From Catajapyx aquilonaris (taxonomy: Eukaryota): a DNA stretch of 45,659 bases. The translations under genes and the position numbers were made by a program. Where the stretch lies: contig JYFJ02003159.1 of assembly GCA_000934665.2 (NCBI GenBank), positions 1 to 45,659 on the forward strand, written 5' to 3'. Shown piece after piece: positions 1-12,726 of the stretch (the first letter of the stretch is position 1; each line of letters begins with the position of its first letter). The notes under the pieces are model-generated. The model searched no databases. It saw only the letters and a list, made by a program, of their open reading frames with translations, and had not been told where the DNA came from.

Positions 1-804
1 CTAGATCTACTTTTGACATGCCTGGTGACTCCGTGGGCCTACCATTCTGGGCAGGGGGGGGTCAAAGTCCAGGAGCCCTGGGGCCTTTCTTCGCACCAAC
101 CCCAACCCAAGGTGATAAATGAGGAACAGAAAGAGTTGACCCCCTGAAGAAGCCACGCCTCTGGGAGGGACAAAGGTTCCCTTCTTGGTTCGGCCTAGTC
201 GCGCCAGAGGGAAACTAATCTCAACACTTCCCTGGTCCATCAGAGGTTCAGTCACGGCAGAGGACTTGTCACATGCTCTCAGTTATTAGCTCTTGATTAA
301 ACCCGTTGTACAAAGGCCTGCAATGAGAGGCGCCGGGTTGGCGGGAAAGTATTTGGGCGGGAAACCAACTGTCACGTGCTCACTTTTTATTATTTTCTGC
401 CGACAATGTTGCGGTCGCTGCCACCAGATGGCTCGTGTGTACGGCTGAGAGAGAAAAAGAAGGAACCACACCAGAGCCACCTAGGTGGTCGGAATGAAAG
501 CTTCTTACTCTTAAAGTTTGACAAAGAGAGATAAACTTCATTGAAAGAAAAAATAATGTGGCTTATAAACCCGAATCCATCTCTAATAAATCCATCATGC
601 TCACGTCAAGGATGTTATCAGACCATATATCATTGCTTCTGTAGATTTCTGCAAGATAGGATTTTCTGTTTTGCAAGGTCACCATCAACAACAACGAAAC
701 AAATTTAATGATTTATCACACAGTTCCTGAAGGAAAAATATTTTATTCAGACATGATATAATAGGTTATTATATTGCGGCCTAAGTAATAAGAGAGAGAA
801 ATGG

Positions 805-915
805 GGGTGGAATTTTCGTCCCACTGCTAGTTACTGCTAACTTAGCAGTAGCATATCATTGCCAACCCTCGTACTGCTAAGTTAGCAGTAACTGGGAGGG
901 GCGAAAAAGTCACCC
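805..915. repeat. Nested inverted repeat (MITE-like) in the presumed cGLR1 3'UTR
   Basis: Perfect 22-bp arms 829-850 and 872-893 (AGTTACTGCTAACTTAGCAGTA), plus imperfect outer arms GGGTGGAATTTTCGTCCC / GGGGCGAAAAAGTCACCC. Confidence 0.75.
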
Positions 916-941
916 ATCACCCATGTAATGGCCAATATTCA

Positions 942-2609
942 TCAGGCGATGATGCAACGTCCACCGGAAGAAGAATCCGTTTCCTGTTGCTGCTCTTCTT
1001 CCGGTTCATCCATCCCAGGATCCATCCTCATCTGAGTTGGTTGCACCGAAGCTCCGACTGCAGATGATGGTGATCGGAAGTAGTCATTCACGTTTTGCGG
1101 GTCCCTTTCAATCTCCCGAATGATGGTGGCCAGCCTTCCTCCGATGTTGGTCATCTGCACGTGCTTCCCGGTCCAGATGTTGTGTTGTGGACACCAGTAG
1201 TTTGGAAGCTCTCCCTTCAGAGCATAATCACGCAATGTCTTCAATGCCTGTAGAGGATGGAAACATGTATGTAAGACTCCAGTTCAATGGAAGAAGATTC
1301 AAATTGAAGCTTTGCGATCGACATACCAACATGAAGATTGATCCCAAGTGACGCTCTTCATATTCCCCATGTTTCTCCAGCATCCACATCACTGCCACTT
1401 TGATGTGATAGCTGGACAGGCCTTCGATGTTGGGGACATTTTCACGCATGCACTGGAACCATAATTATATATTACCGTTAACTGTCCTATAGCTATACTA
1501 TCGCAGAACATGGCAATGAAATGTGGCCTTACTTTGATCAGTCTGATGATCATTTTGATGCACCCTTTGTTGTAGAGCACAGAAGATCTCTCCGATTGTG
1601 AAAACCCAAGTCTCCACAGGCTTTTGTCCGTAAGGAACGATTCGGTTTTTGGGACAGCAAAAAAGTCTTTCTGTAGTGTAAATGCAGCAGATAATGTCAT
1701 AAGCCTTAATTTTTCATAAAATGTCATATCTCAAACCTTATGCTGTGCAACTTTCGGACGGACGCTGCTAGGCCAGTGCTTCTCTGAAAATGTGACAACC
1801 GGGACTAGGTCAACGTCAATAACCTTCGACCCGGCCGTGACACTGATTGTTATGGCAGGTCCCGACGTGCGGTATTTTTTCTCCTATAAAGACAACATGG
1901 AGGTTACCTAGGTTGTTTATCCTAATGTTAGTGTTCAAACTCAACCTTGACAGGAACGTCCGCGAGCTCAGACAGAGAGCGATGGACCACGCTCTGCATC
2001 CAACTTCTGACTTTCTCTGGCATCAACAACTTATTACCAGCAGAGCCCTCACACAACTTCAACAGGGCACTGGTTAAGTGATTTTAAAAATCTTATGAAC
2101 ACCTCAATAATTAGTGTTGAAAATGATGTTTCTAATAATTTTTACTCACGTGTCCGAGCAATCTTCTGGCAACTGAATACTTGCAAAACCAGGGTTGTTA
2201 TTGACGTTTACAAGCTGAAATGCATACCAATAATTAAAAATGCACTTTTGGGGTGTTTTGATTGACTTACTTCCATCTCATAAGGTATCACTAGTATGAC
2301 GTTTACGTCAAATTCAGTCGCTTCCTTGACCCTGAGTCTGTCATACATGCTTCCTGTCCAGTACACATTGTTGTGTCCAATCTGACTGAACAACGGGTCA
2401 ACTTTCTGCATGGTAGGAATCATGTGATTCTCCAGAACCTGAGTGAGGAGTCACACAATAATTAATGAACACTCAACCACAATAACGTAAAGGTTGCTTA
2501 CATCCTTCACTGTTTTAATGGACAGCCTTTTTTCCGCTTCGTCCATGGCAACCGAAGTTGCCATGATCTTTTTGAGGTGTGGCGACAGGACATTATCTTT
2601 CATATCCAT
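942..2609 (-). CDS. cGAS-like receptor (cGLR / Mab-21 nucleotidyltransferase) copy 1, multi-exon, with C-terminal CaaX
   Basis: Spliced by eye: MDMKDNVLSPHLKK (2609-2502), VLENHMIP..YWTGSMYDRLRVKEATEFDVNVIL (2438-2271), ..SGPAITISV..IDVDLVP, FFAVPK..WRLGFSQSER, LSSYHIKVAVMW, LPNYW..GGRCIIA* (stop 942). Contains the G-S, E-x-D and third Asp NTase motifs and the SYHxK motif of the cGAS/Mab-21 family; GT-AG introns in compatible phase. Confidence 0.9.
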
Positions 2610-3389
2610 GTTTTGGAATGAGATGGTGTTGGCAATGAACTATGTTATCCTTTGAACAAAACTGCCCTGTGAAGGAGGAGGGTCTAGAACTAGAACAATA
2701 ACTAATAAGTCCTGCCACGTAATGTGCAAATTATGGCAAAATTGCTTACCGGTACTAAAGCGACAGATGTCACGGAAAGTTGCTATGCTCTTCACTGACA
2801 CTGACTGATTCTAGATCAGTTGGCTGGCTTACCTCCTTAATAATTGTTATCTGAGTCTGTTTGTTCTTTCTCCTCTTATCGTCCGTAGCTCTGTACTGCA
2901 CATGGGTCGCTGCTGCACTGATATGGGAGATATGCCGACCTATCCAGAGTCACAGTATTAGCAACACCCTGCTCAGGCCGGAGCGAAAGAGAACTAGAGA
3001 AGGTTACAACCCACACTGTTGCCATATGTTCCTGTATACCTATAATTCGCCCATAGCGGCCATAGGGAATAATAATATCTACAAAAAAAATAGTTGAGGG
3101 TACTGGTTTTAACATGCTACAAGGAAATAACACATTGGTTCGCATATCAGATTTGCATACATTTGGAACTATTGATAACATTATAAGCAATCAGGCTGGA
3201 TTAATATAATAGGGTGGAATAATTCATCAGGATGTTTATTGAAATGTGGCACCCTGGGCTGCTTCTACTCATTTTCGGCGTGCTCGTGACAACCAGGAAC
3301 CTGGTCGTATTGCAAGCATAGACCTTTCTTGGGGTCACAAAACATTTGGTGACCCGCGTCCACTGGGCAGGCGAAGGTCTCGCTCGGCT

Positions 3390-3399
3390 GGAAATCCCC
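3390..3399 (-). promoter_or_regulatory. NF-kB (Rel) binding site upstream of cGLR copy 1
   Basis: GGAAATCCCC, i.e. GGGGATTTCC on the minus strand; matches the kB consensus. Confidence 0.45.
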
Positions 3400-3452
3400 G
3401 GACATCATTTCGTTGCAGAAAAAGTAGTGAGTGCAATTGGCACATATCTGCG

Positions 3453-3487
3453 GAATAATAATAATAATAATAATAATAGCTAATAAT
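3453..3487. repeat. (AAT)n microsatellite
   Basis: Directly visible AAT run. Confidence 0.9.
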
Positions 3488-3816
3488 CACATCAAAGCAT
3501 TAACAGACTATTAATTGCATTCAACAGGAAATGAGTGATGCCGATGTGTCATACTAGGATGCACATGTGCCCGGATATAAGATAATTGCGGCTTCAAGAT
3601 AAGTTCAGGATGTACAACCCAGTGATTTTATGTGCCAGTTACTTCATTCATTTGCATAACATTGTTGTTGTTTATTAAGACGCACGCATACGTCTTGTTT
3701 ACCTTCACATTACAATAACAGTTAAGTCTGCATGTATCAAAATAATGAAGACCTGCTTTATTAAATTTCGACCAAAATGTCCGCCACGAACCTTAACTAT
3801 ATATATATTTTGACGA

Positions 3817-4425
3817 TTAAAATTTGCTGCTTGTCAAAATCAATGCTGTAATATTTACCATTCCTCCCTTCCTGCATTCTTCTTCCAAACCATCTCTTTT
3901 TGGGCGGTTCAATTTTGCTGTGTCCAGATGCTCACATCCTGGAACATTAGATGGAAGATCGCAATAATACTCATTGTTGAAAGCCATTCCTTCAGGGCAC
4001 TCGAAGTCTTGTTGAACCAAATTCGAAGTTTCCTGCAATTGTTGGAAAGGTTTGTCAAAAAATAAGGCGCGTTTTTAGACATCCAATATTGTGCAATGGT
4101 TTCGCTGATTATTTTGATGATAATTGAGGTCTTACATTAATGCTGCACACGTGGTATCTGGTGCAGCTGGAGTTATATACTCCAGCACGTTCGCACTGGA
4201 AGTCTTCAGCAGGTTCCTCGTCCAATTCGGAGCGAATGGTCTTTTGGACGTCGTCGGAATCAAACAACTGCATACCTGCGTCCCAAATGTCGTCCAGCGA
4301 AAAGGCACTGGAGCACTGGAAAAATTACAAAGTGTACATTGCGCCTGAATTTGTCGAAATTGTTTTAACACAAGACGCACCGATAGGAAGCAGACCATGA
4401 CAGCGCACTTGAGCCTGTTATCCAT
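3817..4425 (-). CDS. Small secreted chitin-binding protein (peritrophin-A / CBM14 domain); 3' end uncertain
   Basis: Exons 4425-4381 (MDNRLKCAVMVCFLS), 4315-4136 and 4032-3859 join in phase 0. They give a signal-peptide-like start and a six-Cys motif C-ERAGVYNSS-C-TRYHV-C-..-C-PEGMAFNNEYY-C-DLPSNVPG-C typical of ChtBD2. Confidence 0.75.
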
Positions 4426-4780
4426 GCTTGCTGGTCGATTTTACATAGAAAGGTTGGGACGAGTTGAGAGCATCTTTTATCCCGAAAAAGCTGACGAATG
4501 TATGCATGAAAAATTTTCAGCAAGTGTTGTTGGTAAGTTGCATTTGGACTTCAAACTCTTTTGTGCTTTTTTTTGCGAAACTCATAAATGATAATATATG
4601 GATCGTATGTCATAAGACATGTGGATGCACTTGATGTGAATCATGCAGGAGGTAAATCGCATTGAACAGTTTGCCATGTTTTATGTATGAGAGAGTGATG
4701 GATACTTGGTTATTCTTCAAGTTTATTTCTGTGTACAGTACTTTATTTTCATACAACACTCAATAAGGCACTCAATTCTG

Positions 4781-6633
4781 TCACATCATGTACAAATCTT
4801 GCATATCTTTAACACTGGCCTTCATCGTTCTTCGGCGTAAATTCAGCTCTCTTCTGGTTGGATTCTCTGCACCTTCAACCAGCTCAGAGAGTTGCTGCGG
4901 TTGAATCTCGCAATATTTCAGCATTTCATATGCACGCAGCTTCAACCTGCGTACATCAGAAGGCGCCATATTTTCCATCAGGTTTTCGCCACTTGCCCAG
5001 AAATTTGGCATTTCCCCCCTTCTCAGAGCTGTGTTCAGCAGAAACAACAGAGCCTGAAGTGCAACATGCGTGTCAATTAATTGCAAATCACTTATTCAGA
5101 CATGCCCACCTTTTGAAATAGCGTTTCCACGTCGGTCAGGTCAGGATGATCATTCAGAACCCAAAGGACAGTGTTCTTTATCTGGTAGCTGTTGAGGATT
5201 GCTCCTCGATCTTGGGTTCCAAACATCAACTGTAAATAATGTGCTGGTTTGTGAATTTGATATTTCAAAGGCGTAGTTGTATATATATTATGTAACCTTC
5301 AGATGTCTGGCAACATCTCTTGCATATTTATGTCGCAGAAGATACCTCTCAGTTCTGTCAAAGCTCAACTTCCACATGTTCATAGACGTATTGATATGCT
5401 TGGGCTTTGGAACTGCGAAAAACCTTCGCGCCTGAAATTTTTGTCAAAATAATCATGCTGGCCTCCACTTCAAGAGAAGACCTACCGTACCTCTTCTGGA
5501 ATCCTTTGAATCCTCTGGTCATTTACAATTCCATGAGGCCACCGGGATGCTGGAAACTCCAGGACTGTAACCAAGTCAATGTCAAGCTGAACTCCATTTG
5601 GAAGTTTGACATCCAGGGTGACCCCAGGCTTGCACACGGTCACTCCAACGCTGGCCTCTTCAGCGTCTCTTGCTGGAAGGATCTTGAAAAAATGTGAATC
5701 CAAGTCTTTGTTGACTTCTCCAATTGTTTCGAAAACCAGCTCTGACAGCCACATTTTTATCTGTGATATACTTAGACAGCCATCGGTGTTTATCCAGCCG
5801 CAAAAGGTGCTGTAAATATGTACTGTTAGACCTTTGCTCTTTTGTAAAATGAAATACACTCGATCTCACCGGTAAGTGGGAGGGCCAGAGATGAATCTCT
5901 TTATCAGAATTTTTGGCTCCCTCACCCTGACGAAGACGCGATTTTGCGGTGCATTTCGTTTCTGTTCAAGCTGCATGTTAGGAAGAAAAATAGGATTACC
6001 GTTACAGGTAGTACTGACACGTCAAAAAGACAACACCTTCCTAGCACATACTGTCTTAATTTTTTATATCAATAATTAAAACACCTCTTGAAAAGGCGGC
6101 ATGGTTTGAATTACAATACTGACTTTCGGCAAGATTCAAGAAATAAATGCTGTGGCGAATTACGTACAATCAATTTGAAATCGTCTGGAATTTCCAAAAT
6201 CACGTTGATATCGAATTCCGTGGCCTCTTTGACTCTCAGTCCATTGAACATGCTTCCGGTCCAGTAGATATTTTCGTTTCGAAACAAGAGTGCAAACAAT
6301 GGATCCTTCTTTTTCATTATTGGCAGCAGTCGTCCTTCCATTAACTGTGGAGCATAAAGTCATAATACCATAATATTGTCAGAAATGCAGTGAAATAATT
6401 TAATTACATAACATACGCACATCTTTTGCTGCTGCTATGTATTGTTCTGCTTCTTGGGCGTTTATCTTGATTTTGGACTCTTCAGTATTTCTCAGAAACT
6501 TCGCTAGTCCGTCTTTCGAACTGGATTTTTCTGTAGTCTTCTGATGGACACCTTTGAAGGAATAAAATAACTCTGATACAATCTATACGCACTTCATCAC
6601 CTATTTAGTAGGCTACTGTTAGATCGCACCCAT
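4781..6633 (-). CDS. cGLR / Mab-21 nucleotidyltransferase copy 2, multi-exon (start codon tentative)
   Basis: Exons encode YWTGSMFNGLRVKEATEFDINVIL, KPGVTL..QLDIDLVTV, RRFFAVPK..WKLSFDRTER, LNSYQIKNTVLW and MPNFW..DLYMM* (stop 4781). Splice phases are compatible and no internal stop was seen. Confidence 0.88.
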
Positions 6634-7460
6634 TCTGAAAAATAATCTACTTTCACGCAATTTCTGTATATAAAATGCCACGTTTTCAGTTCAACAGTTT
6701 TGCTAAATTTCTCACAATCGCAGGCAAAAAAGAGTTAGTGTCCTGATTTTTATGTAATATTATAATAAGTGCTTAAGATCACGAGATACGTAAAATTAAG
6801 TGCTCCGTTAGTAGAAATCAACACTTAACAGTGATTGACACTAATAGTTATTTTTACGCATAATATATTGGTGACAAAACGGTGGATAAGAGCTGCAAGG
6901 GTATAAATAGCAGCAGGATGAAAATTTCATATTTAATATGAAATTACTGGAATTATTGAAGGATTTATGGCCTGCTGTATCAGCTCAAATATCAAGAAGA
7001 AAATTACTTAGAAACAATTGCTCACTATTTATTATGAATACATACGTATAAGTATATTCGTAAATTTTTCTTAATTTGTGTGGATGAAAGTGGCCCTTAG
7101 TTATTGTTACAGTCAATGATTGGAAAATTTATTTTGTAGGCAGGGGATAATTATTCCGGAGTGTCATACTATGGGCATTGGATTCGAAAGTAATCCATAT
7201 TTATCAATATTTATTATACGGACAAACCATGTTACGAGGAACAAAATCATATGCTACAAACAACTTTGCTTTATGTAGCCTTACTGTAAATTTTATTGCA
7301 TCTTATTAGTAGTCTAGCAATCACAACCTGGCAAAGTCTATTCATTAACAACAACTACTGGTTCAAAAAATTACCGCACATTTCATCAGGAGCACTCGCA
7401 GATTTGTAAATGTTACATTAGACCCAATCATCGGACAGAACTTGATATACAATACGAAAT

Positions 7461-10400
7461 CTAGTATGTCATAACGAAGTCATCGTCCGGACCTCTCTTC
7501 TGCCAAGGTTTTTTGTCTCGTGGTTTGTCCTTTCGTTTTCCTCCACGGTCCAGCTTCTTCGGGTGTCCCCGTGCCTTTTCCAGCATTCCCTTGATGACAG
7601 TCTTGAGGTTGCTGATGTCCTTCTTCTTCATCTTTCTCATCAAGTCCTCTCGGTCTGCCCAGTAATTAGGCATTTTCTCGTCTGTCAGAAAAGTGTTCAG
7701 AAGCAGAAGCAACGCCTGGAAGGAAGCGTGAAATCACGCACAGCTCATCTGTACCTTTTTTTCAAATTAACGATTGTAATCAATAAGGTACCTTCTCCAA
7801 AAGGTCGCCTCTGTCGGTCATGTACGGATAGTAATGCAGGGTCCAGAGGACAGTGTTCTTTATCTGGTAACTGTTTAATGTAGTTCCTCGGTTTTGAGTT
7901 CCAAACTTGTACTGTGGAGAAAGTCACATATTATTGACATTGTAATATCGGATTATTATGCCTCATCAACTACGAGTACCGATATATATTAAATACTTAA
8001 CAGCTTAACAATCGCCTCTTCAATATGAATACTGTATGTACCGACCTTAAGAAATTTGGCAACATTTTTGGCATATGTTTCTCGCAGAAGGTATCTCTCT
8101 GTTCTGTCAAAGCTCAGCTTCCACTTGTTTTTAGTAGTGGCGTCATATTTGGACTTGGGAACAGAGAAGAATCTTCTTTCCTGAAATATACATACAGCAA
8201 AATGTATTCATTGCTCTTGTGGTGGCTTATGAGTCGAAAATCTTGCCTCTTCTGGAACCTCTTGAATTCTTTCATCAAACCTGACTCCAGGAGGCCACGA
8301 GGATGCCGGAAACTCGAAGACGAAAACCAAGTCAATGTCTAGCTGGACTCCGTTCGGAAGCTTGACCTCCAGAGTGACGCCTGGCCTGCAGTATGACACT
8401 CCGACACTGGCGTCGTCGGCGTCGTCTCCTTCCGGAATGTTGAGGAAAAGCGACTCAATATCTCGGTTGGCTTCCCTGCGAGCTCCTTCAACCATATCCC
8501 TCATCCAACCTTTGACCCCTTGAGGCTTAACGTGACCCTCGCCATCTATCCATTTATGCAGCTCCCTGAAATGGTACAGCAACGCATTCCTCACTTTCCA
8601 ATTAGGCTAATTAATTACTATTTTAATAATAGCAGCTATTGCTTTTAAGAATCGCTCAAGCCTCAAGGTACCTTTAAAACACTGCCAAAACCATCTACAC
8701 TGCATTATGCTCATAAAAATAAATTTTACTTCGGGAATTATTGACATGGATAGATGTAGAGAAATTTAAATCATCATCATTGTCACATTGCAGGATATTA
8801 CTTACACATAAGCAGGGTTACCAGAGTCCGATTTACTCTTAATCATCTGAGCGTCGGAGGGTTGAACCTTGACGAAAGCATAATTTTGCGGGACATCGCT
8901 TGGCTGAGACAACTACATGAAATATTTTTTTTTAAAACTTGCAGAATTGCATAAAAATAATGGAAAAGAAAACTGTGTATACCTGCAAGGGAGACATGCC
9001 GTCCGGCATTTCCAAAACAATGTTGACGTCGAATTCCGTAGCTTCTGCGACCCTCAGACCATTGAACATGCTTCCGGTCCAGTAGATCTTTTCGTTCCGA
9101 AACAGGAGTGCAAACAGTGGATCATTGCTTTTCATCCACGGCAACATGCATCCTTCCACCAACTGGAATAAAGAAGCATTATTTTAAAAGATTCATTCAG
9201 GAGAATGAAAAATTTGGTGCATGTTTACGTCTTTTGCTGCTGAAACGTATAGAGCGGATTCCTGCTTGTCAATCTTGATATTTTTGCTTGCAATTTTCTT
9301 CATGAACGTTGTGAGCCTTCCTCTTGGGGTTGATTCTTTGCACATCTCTATGTACTCCTGGAATATTAAAATTACCTCCATTTCACTACCACTCTAAAAC
9401 CCTCTCACTATTCGTTGCTCTATACACTATACTATAGTTTATAGTAGGTTACCTAATATAAACATTATTTTGAGAACATTTTCCTGGTACGGGGATTAAC
9501 CTTTCAAAGGCGACTTACGAGTCTCATAAAAGCACATAAAAGCCAATATATAATGATAGATTAACGCCAGACATCTAGGTGAGACTATCTTATCGCGTAA
9601 GTTAGGCAGGAAAGTGTCGAGCTAAACATGAGACACATTATTTTCAATGTTCTTATCAGTGAAAATCGGGTAAATATCGAAAAAATAAATCCCACCGACA
9701 GTTGACAACGTATGATATCACACATGACAAGGATGCAGTTATTGTTTTATCATATTTCCTATAGACATCAATCATAGATTTACACACAAGTTCAAAGTAG
9801 ATTTACGGTAACATTGCGTCAGCTAGTTTGTAAATAAGTATTTTATCCGTAAAAGGAATTGTATGGCTGTTCAAACAGAGTGAATGAACCGCCAGTGAGT
9901 GCAAGCAGTGGGTTTTGGCAGCTGGCCAAAACAGAAACTTTGTCGCCCAGTCAAGGTCAATTCCATTGAGCGCCGGAAATTAATGCATATTAAACTTACT
10001 TTTTGCAGCAGTACATTCGCTTCCAAGAATTCTTTGCCGGCAATTAGAAACACAACATTACCGGTAATTATTTTTGGGGTGCCCTTGATGAATTTTGAAA
10101 TCTGCATGGTCACTGCCAAATATTGTCCGGTGTGAGACTTGTCTGCAGATGTACTTACAGGCTCTGTCGAGTACTCTTCAGGTGGTTTGATTCCAGTTTT
10201 GTGTCCCATTTTTGGTTGATGGTGGAAATCGGGACGGCCTGTAATCAAATATTGAACATTCTCAAGTGCAACATTTCGGTCCAGTTGCGTCAGATATATG
10301 AGTCGGATATATGAGTAGACTCAGTAGAGTATTTACCTGGACATTTGCTGTGTTCAGTCTTTCTTTTTGTCGATTTAGTGCTTTTGTACAGCCCTTGTAT

Positions 10401-10532
10401 CAATTCATCGTACTTCTGCAATGAGATTATTACGACTGTGATGCGCCTGAGACATATGAGATGTCCGTTACTTACGGAATCTGAGTCTGAATCCGATGAT
10501 GGGCACTCATCCTGATTTCCACCAGATGCCAT
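7461..10532 (-). CDS. cGLR / Mab-21 nucleotidyltransferase copy 3 with low-complexity N-terminal extension
   Basis: Proposed first exons MASGGNQDECPSSDSDSDS (ATG 10532), KYDELIQG.. and GRPDFHHQ.. splice in phase to EYIEMCK (9357). Core motifs: YWTGSMFNGLRVAEATEFDVNIV, QLDIDLVF, WKLSFDRTER, NSYQIKNT. Basic tail ends DDDFVMTY* (7461). One GC-AG intron (8181-8246). Confidence 0.85.
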
Positions 10533-10790
10533 GTTCCTAAGGCAGTGTTGAACCGGGTTGCAAGTCTTGAATCCAAGCAGAAGGCAGGCCTGCAAATTGA
10601 TGATAGTTCAGAACGCGGTTCAAGTAGGGACCGGATTTTATGACAGACCGCGATGGTGTAGCTCCGTAGTGTAACTGCGGCTCGCCACATTAGAAGCCTC
10701 TCAGCAGCCTCTCAGGATATAAATGGATCGGGTTCAGTTCTTAGAAACCGAGTGGCATGTTGTGTATGGTGTCACGGGCCAGCTTTTCAG

Positions 10791-10800
10791 GGGATTTCCC
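10791..10800. promoter_or_regulatory. NF-kB binding site upstream of cGLR copy 3
   Basis: GGGATTTCCC about 260 bp upstream of the proposed ATG; conserved in paralogous promoters. Confidence 0.6.
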
Positions 10801-11426
10801 TCTACATGGACATTCGTGTCCGATTGGCTCAAAGTGATACGATGAGATTTCATCCTGCACTGATCTGTAGTTATCAACAAACTTGCCTCATTATTAAGAG
10901 GGCACCATTATTGGCACCCATTATTCCCATTGACAACATTTTCCATTTCATTCACCCAGCCGCATTGACTTTGTGATTACAAGCTTCCCGGCTCGGTCTT
11001 TTATCACGAGGACAAGTTAGGGCACAAGGCCACAACTGTAATGTCCTAGTTTTTTTTAACATTGATCTTTGAGTTTAGCTCATTCCTCGTGAGCTGGCGC
11101 CATGTGACGAACCTCTTCTTTACGTGCAAGGCCATTCATAGTAGCGACTTGGAAATTACTCGTTAGATGGCTTCTACACACTGGAGATAGGCCTGTATCG
11201 TATTGAACCGGTCGATACGAACCTGCCATATGAAAACTTTTACATAGAATAGATGTTTAGGGCACCATTGACGAGTTCGAAAAGTATGATACCTTTGTAA
11301 AACACTCAGTGAGACTACATGATAGTTTATTTTACACATGACAAAAAATTCAGTACGTAAGTACACAGAAAAATCTCAAATGCAATTTTGATCACATACC
11401 ATACACTCAAAAGGGAGACGTCATCG

Positions 11427-12465
11427 TTATGTCCTCGCACTTTTTCTCAGTTTTCTTCTCTCCTCATTGTAATTTTATGCTGTTTCCTTTTGGCATGCCT
11501 CCAAGAAAAAGTTTTCCCGGTTTCCCCTCGCAAGCTGTCAGCATTTGTTCGATAGCCTGCTTTTCTGCTTCGATCCCAAATTCCTCATCAAGTCTTCTCC
11601 ACCTGCCCAGTAATTAGGAAGTTTCTTCTCCTTTAAAAAGGTGTTCAGGAGCGACAACAACAAAGCCTAGGGCAACACGCATATGTTTCAATTAATCCAG
11701 CAAATTATCAACATTATATGGCAAAAAATTCACTGCATGAATTTACCTTATGGATGCCTATATTTAGTTTCTTTAGAGCTGGGATGGTTTTGTGAAAAGA
11801 TCTATCAGTTTCATAGGTGCAGGATGTGAAAAATGTAGGCTAAAATTGCCTATTTCGTGGATTTGCGAACTATTTTTCCTGTTCTGCCTTTTTGTGACTT
11901 TTCATGCCAATTTGGCCTTTTGTGGGATAGTTTTTGAACCTTTTGAAGCACTTTCCTGACTTTTTGGGCCTCTTCCTTCAGAGGCATGTTTGGTTTTATT
12001 TTGCGAACTATTTTTTTTGTACTCCTGAAATGACCAAAATCGTTCAGAAATAATACGAATCATGTTGTCGTATGAGTCTGAAGGCGGTTCCAGTCAGAGG
12101 AAAATCTAGAAAAATATTTGGTAAGATACCGTACTGTGCAAGTGGAAACAGTAAGTGGGAGTAGTAGGTATGGGAGTAGTGGAAGTGATGTTGACAAAAT
12201 AATGTGAATCCAAAGTTCTTGTTGACTTCTACAAGTGCGACGTCAACTATGTATAGGTCTCGCATGACCAGGCTTTGATAAGTTGCGGTTTTATGTGGCC
12301 CTGTTCGTCCATCAAATTCAACGAGGAGCTCAAAAAAGCCCAGTGTGAATAAACGACTCCTTGATACTATAGTTAGTATAGTATTAGGCACACATTACAA
12401 TAAAAGGTTTTTACCAGCAATAATCGGCACAACCTGAGTCTGATTTCCTCTGCATGATTTCAATG
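11427..12465 (-). pseudogene. cGLR copy 4, degenerate fragment of a copy-7-type gene
   Basis: Aligns by eye to 19226-20360. The last exon (LLSLLNTFLKEKKLPNYWAGGEDLMRNL) has a deletion after SRL causing a frameshift and stop. Middle exons are degraded or missing and the GS/EFD exon is absent. Confidence 0.75.
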
Positions 12466-12726
12466 GTCTTCAGTTAAACAAACTAAATATAGTGCTCAAA
12501 ATCACAGGTAAAAAGTAGTTAGTGTCCTGATTTTGATTAATACACTAACAGTAAGTGCTTCAGATCATGGGATATAATTATGGTTAGTTTAAATAGACCA
12601 CTTAACAGTGATGGATACATTTCTTTGCACAAAATTGGTGACAAAAAATTAATGTGGATAAGATACGTAAAGGTAAATAACAGCAGGATGAAATTTGAAT
12701 GTACTCCAATTATTACAAGTAGAAAT

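Noticed and set aside
1..485. GC-richer segment with ORFs 7-255 and 286-480, possibly an LTR or other repeat fragment
   Set aside because: No recognisable protein motif, terminal repeat or TSD within the window, so it cannot be supported.
6421..6633. N-myristoylation of cGLR2 (MGVHQK)
   Set aside because: The start exon is only a 4-nt guess and position 6 is not Ser/Thr.
9519..9527. Alternative mini first exon ATG AGA CTC|gtaagt for cGLR3
   Set aside because: The equivalent site in copy 5 reads ATG TGA with no GT donor, so the upstream MASGG exons are preferred. It is not excluded as a minor start.
11750..12045. T-rich insertion in the cGLR4 pseudogene with a repeated TTGCGAACTATTTTT
   Set aside because: Probably a transposon fragment, but no TIR pair or TSD could be defined.
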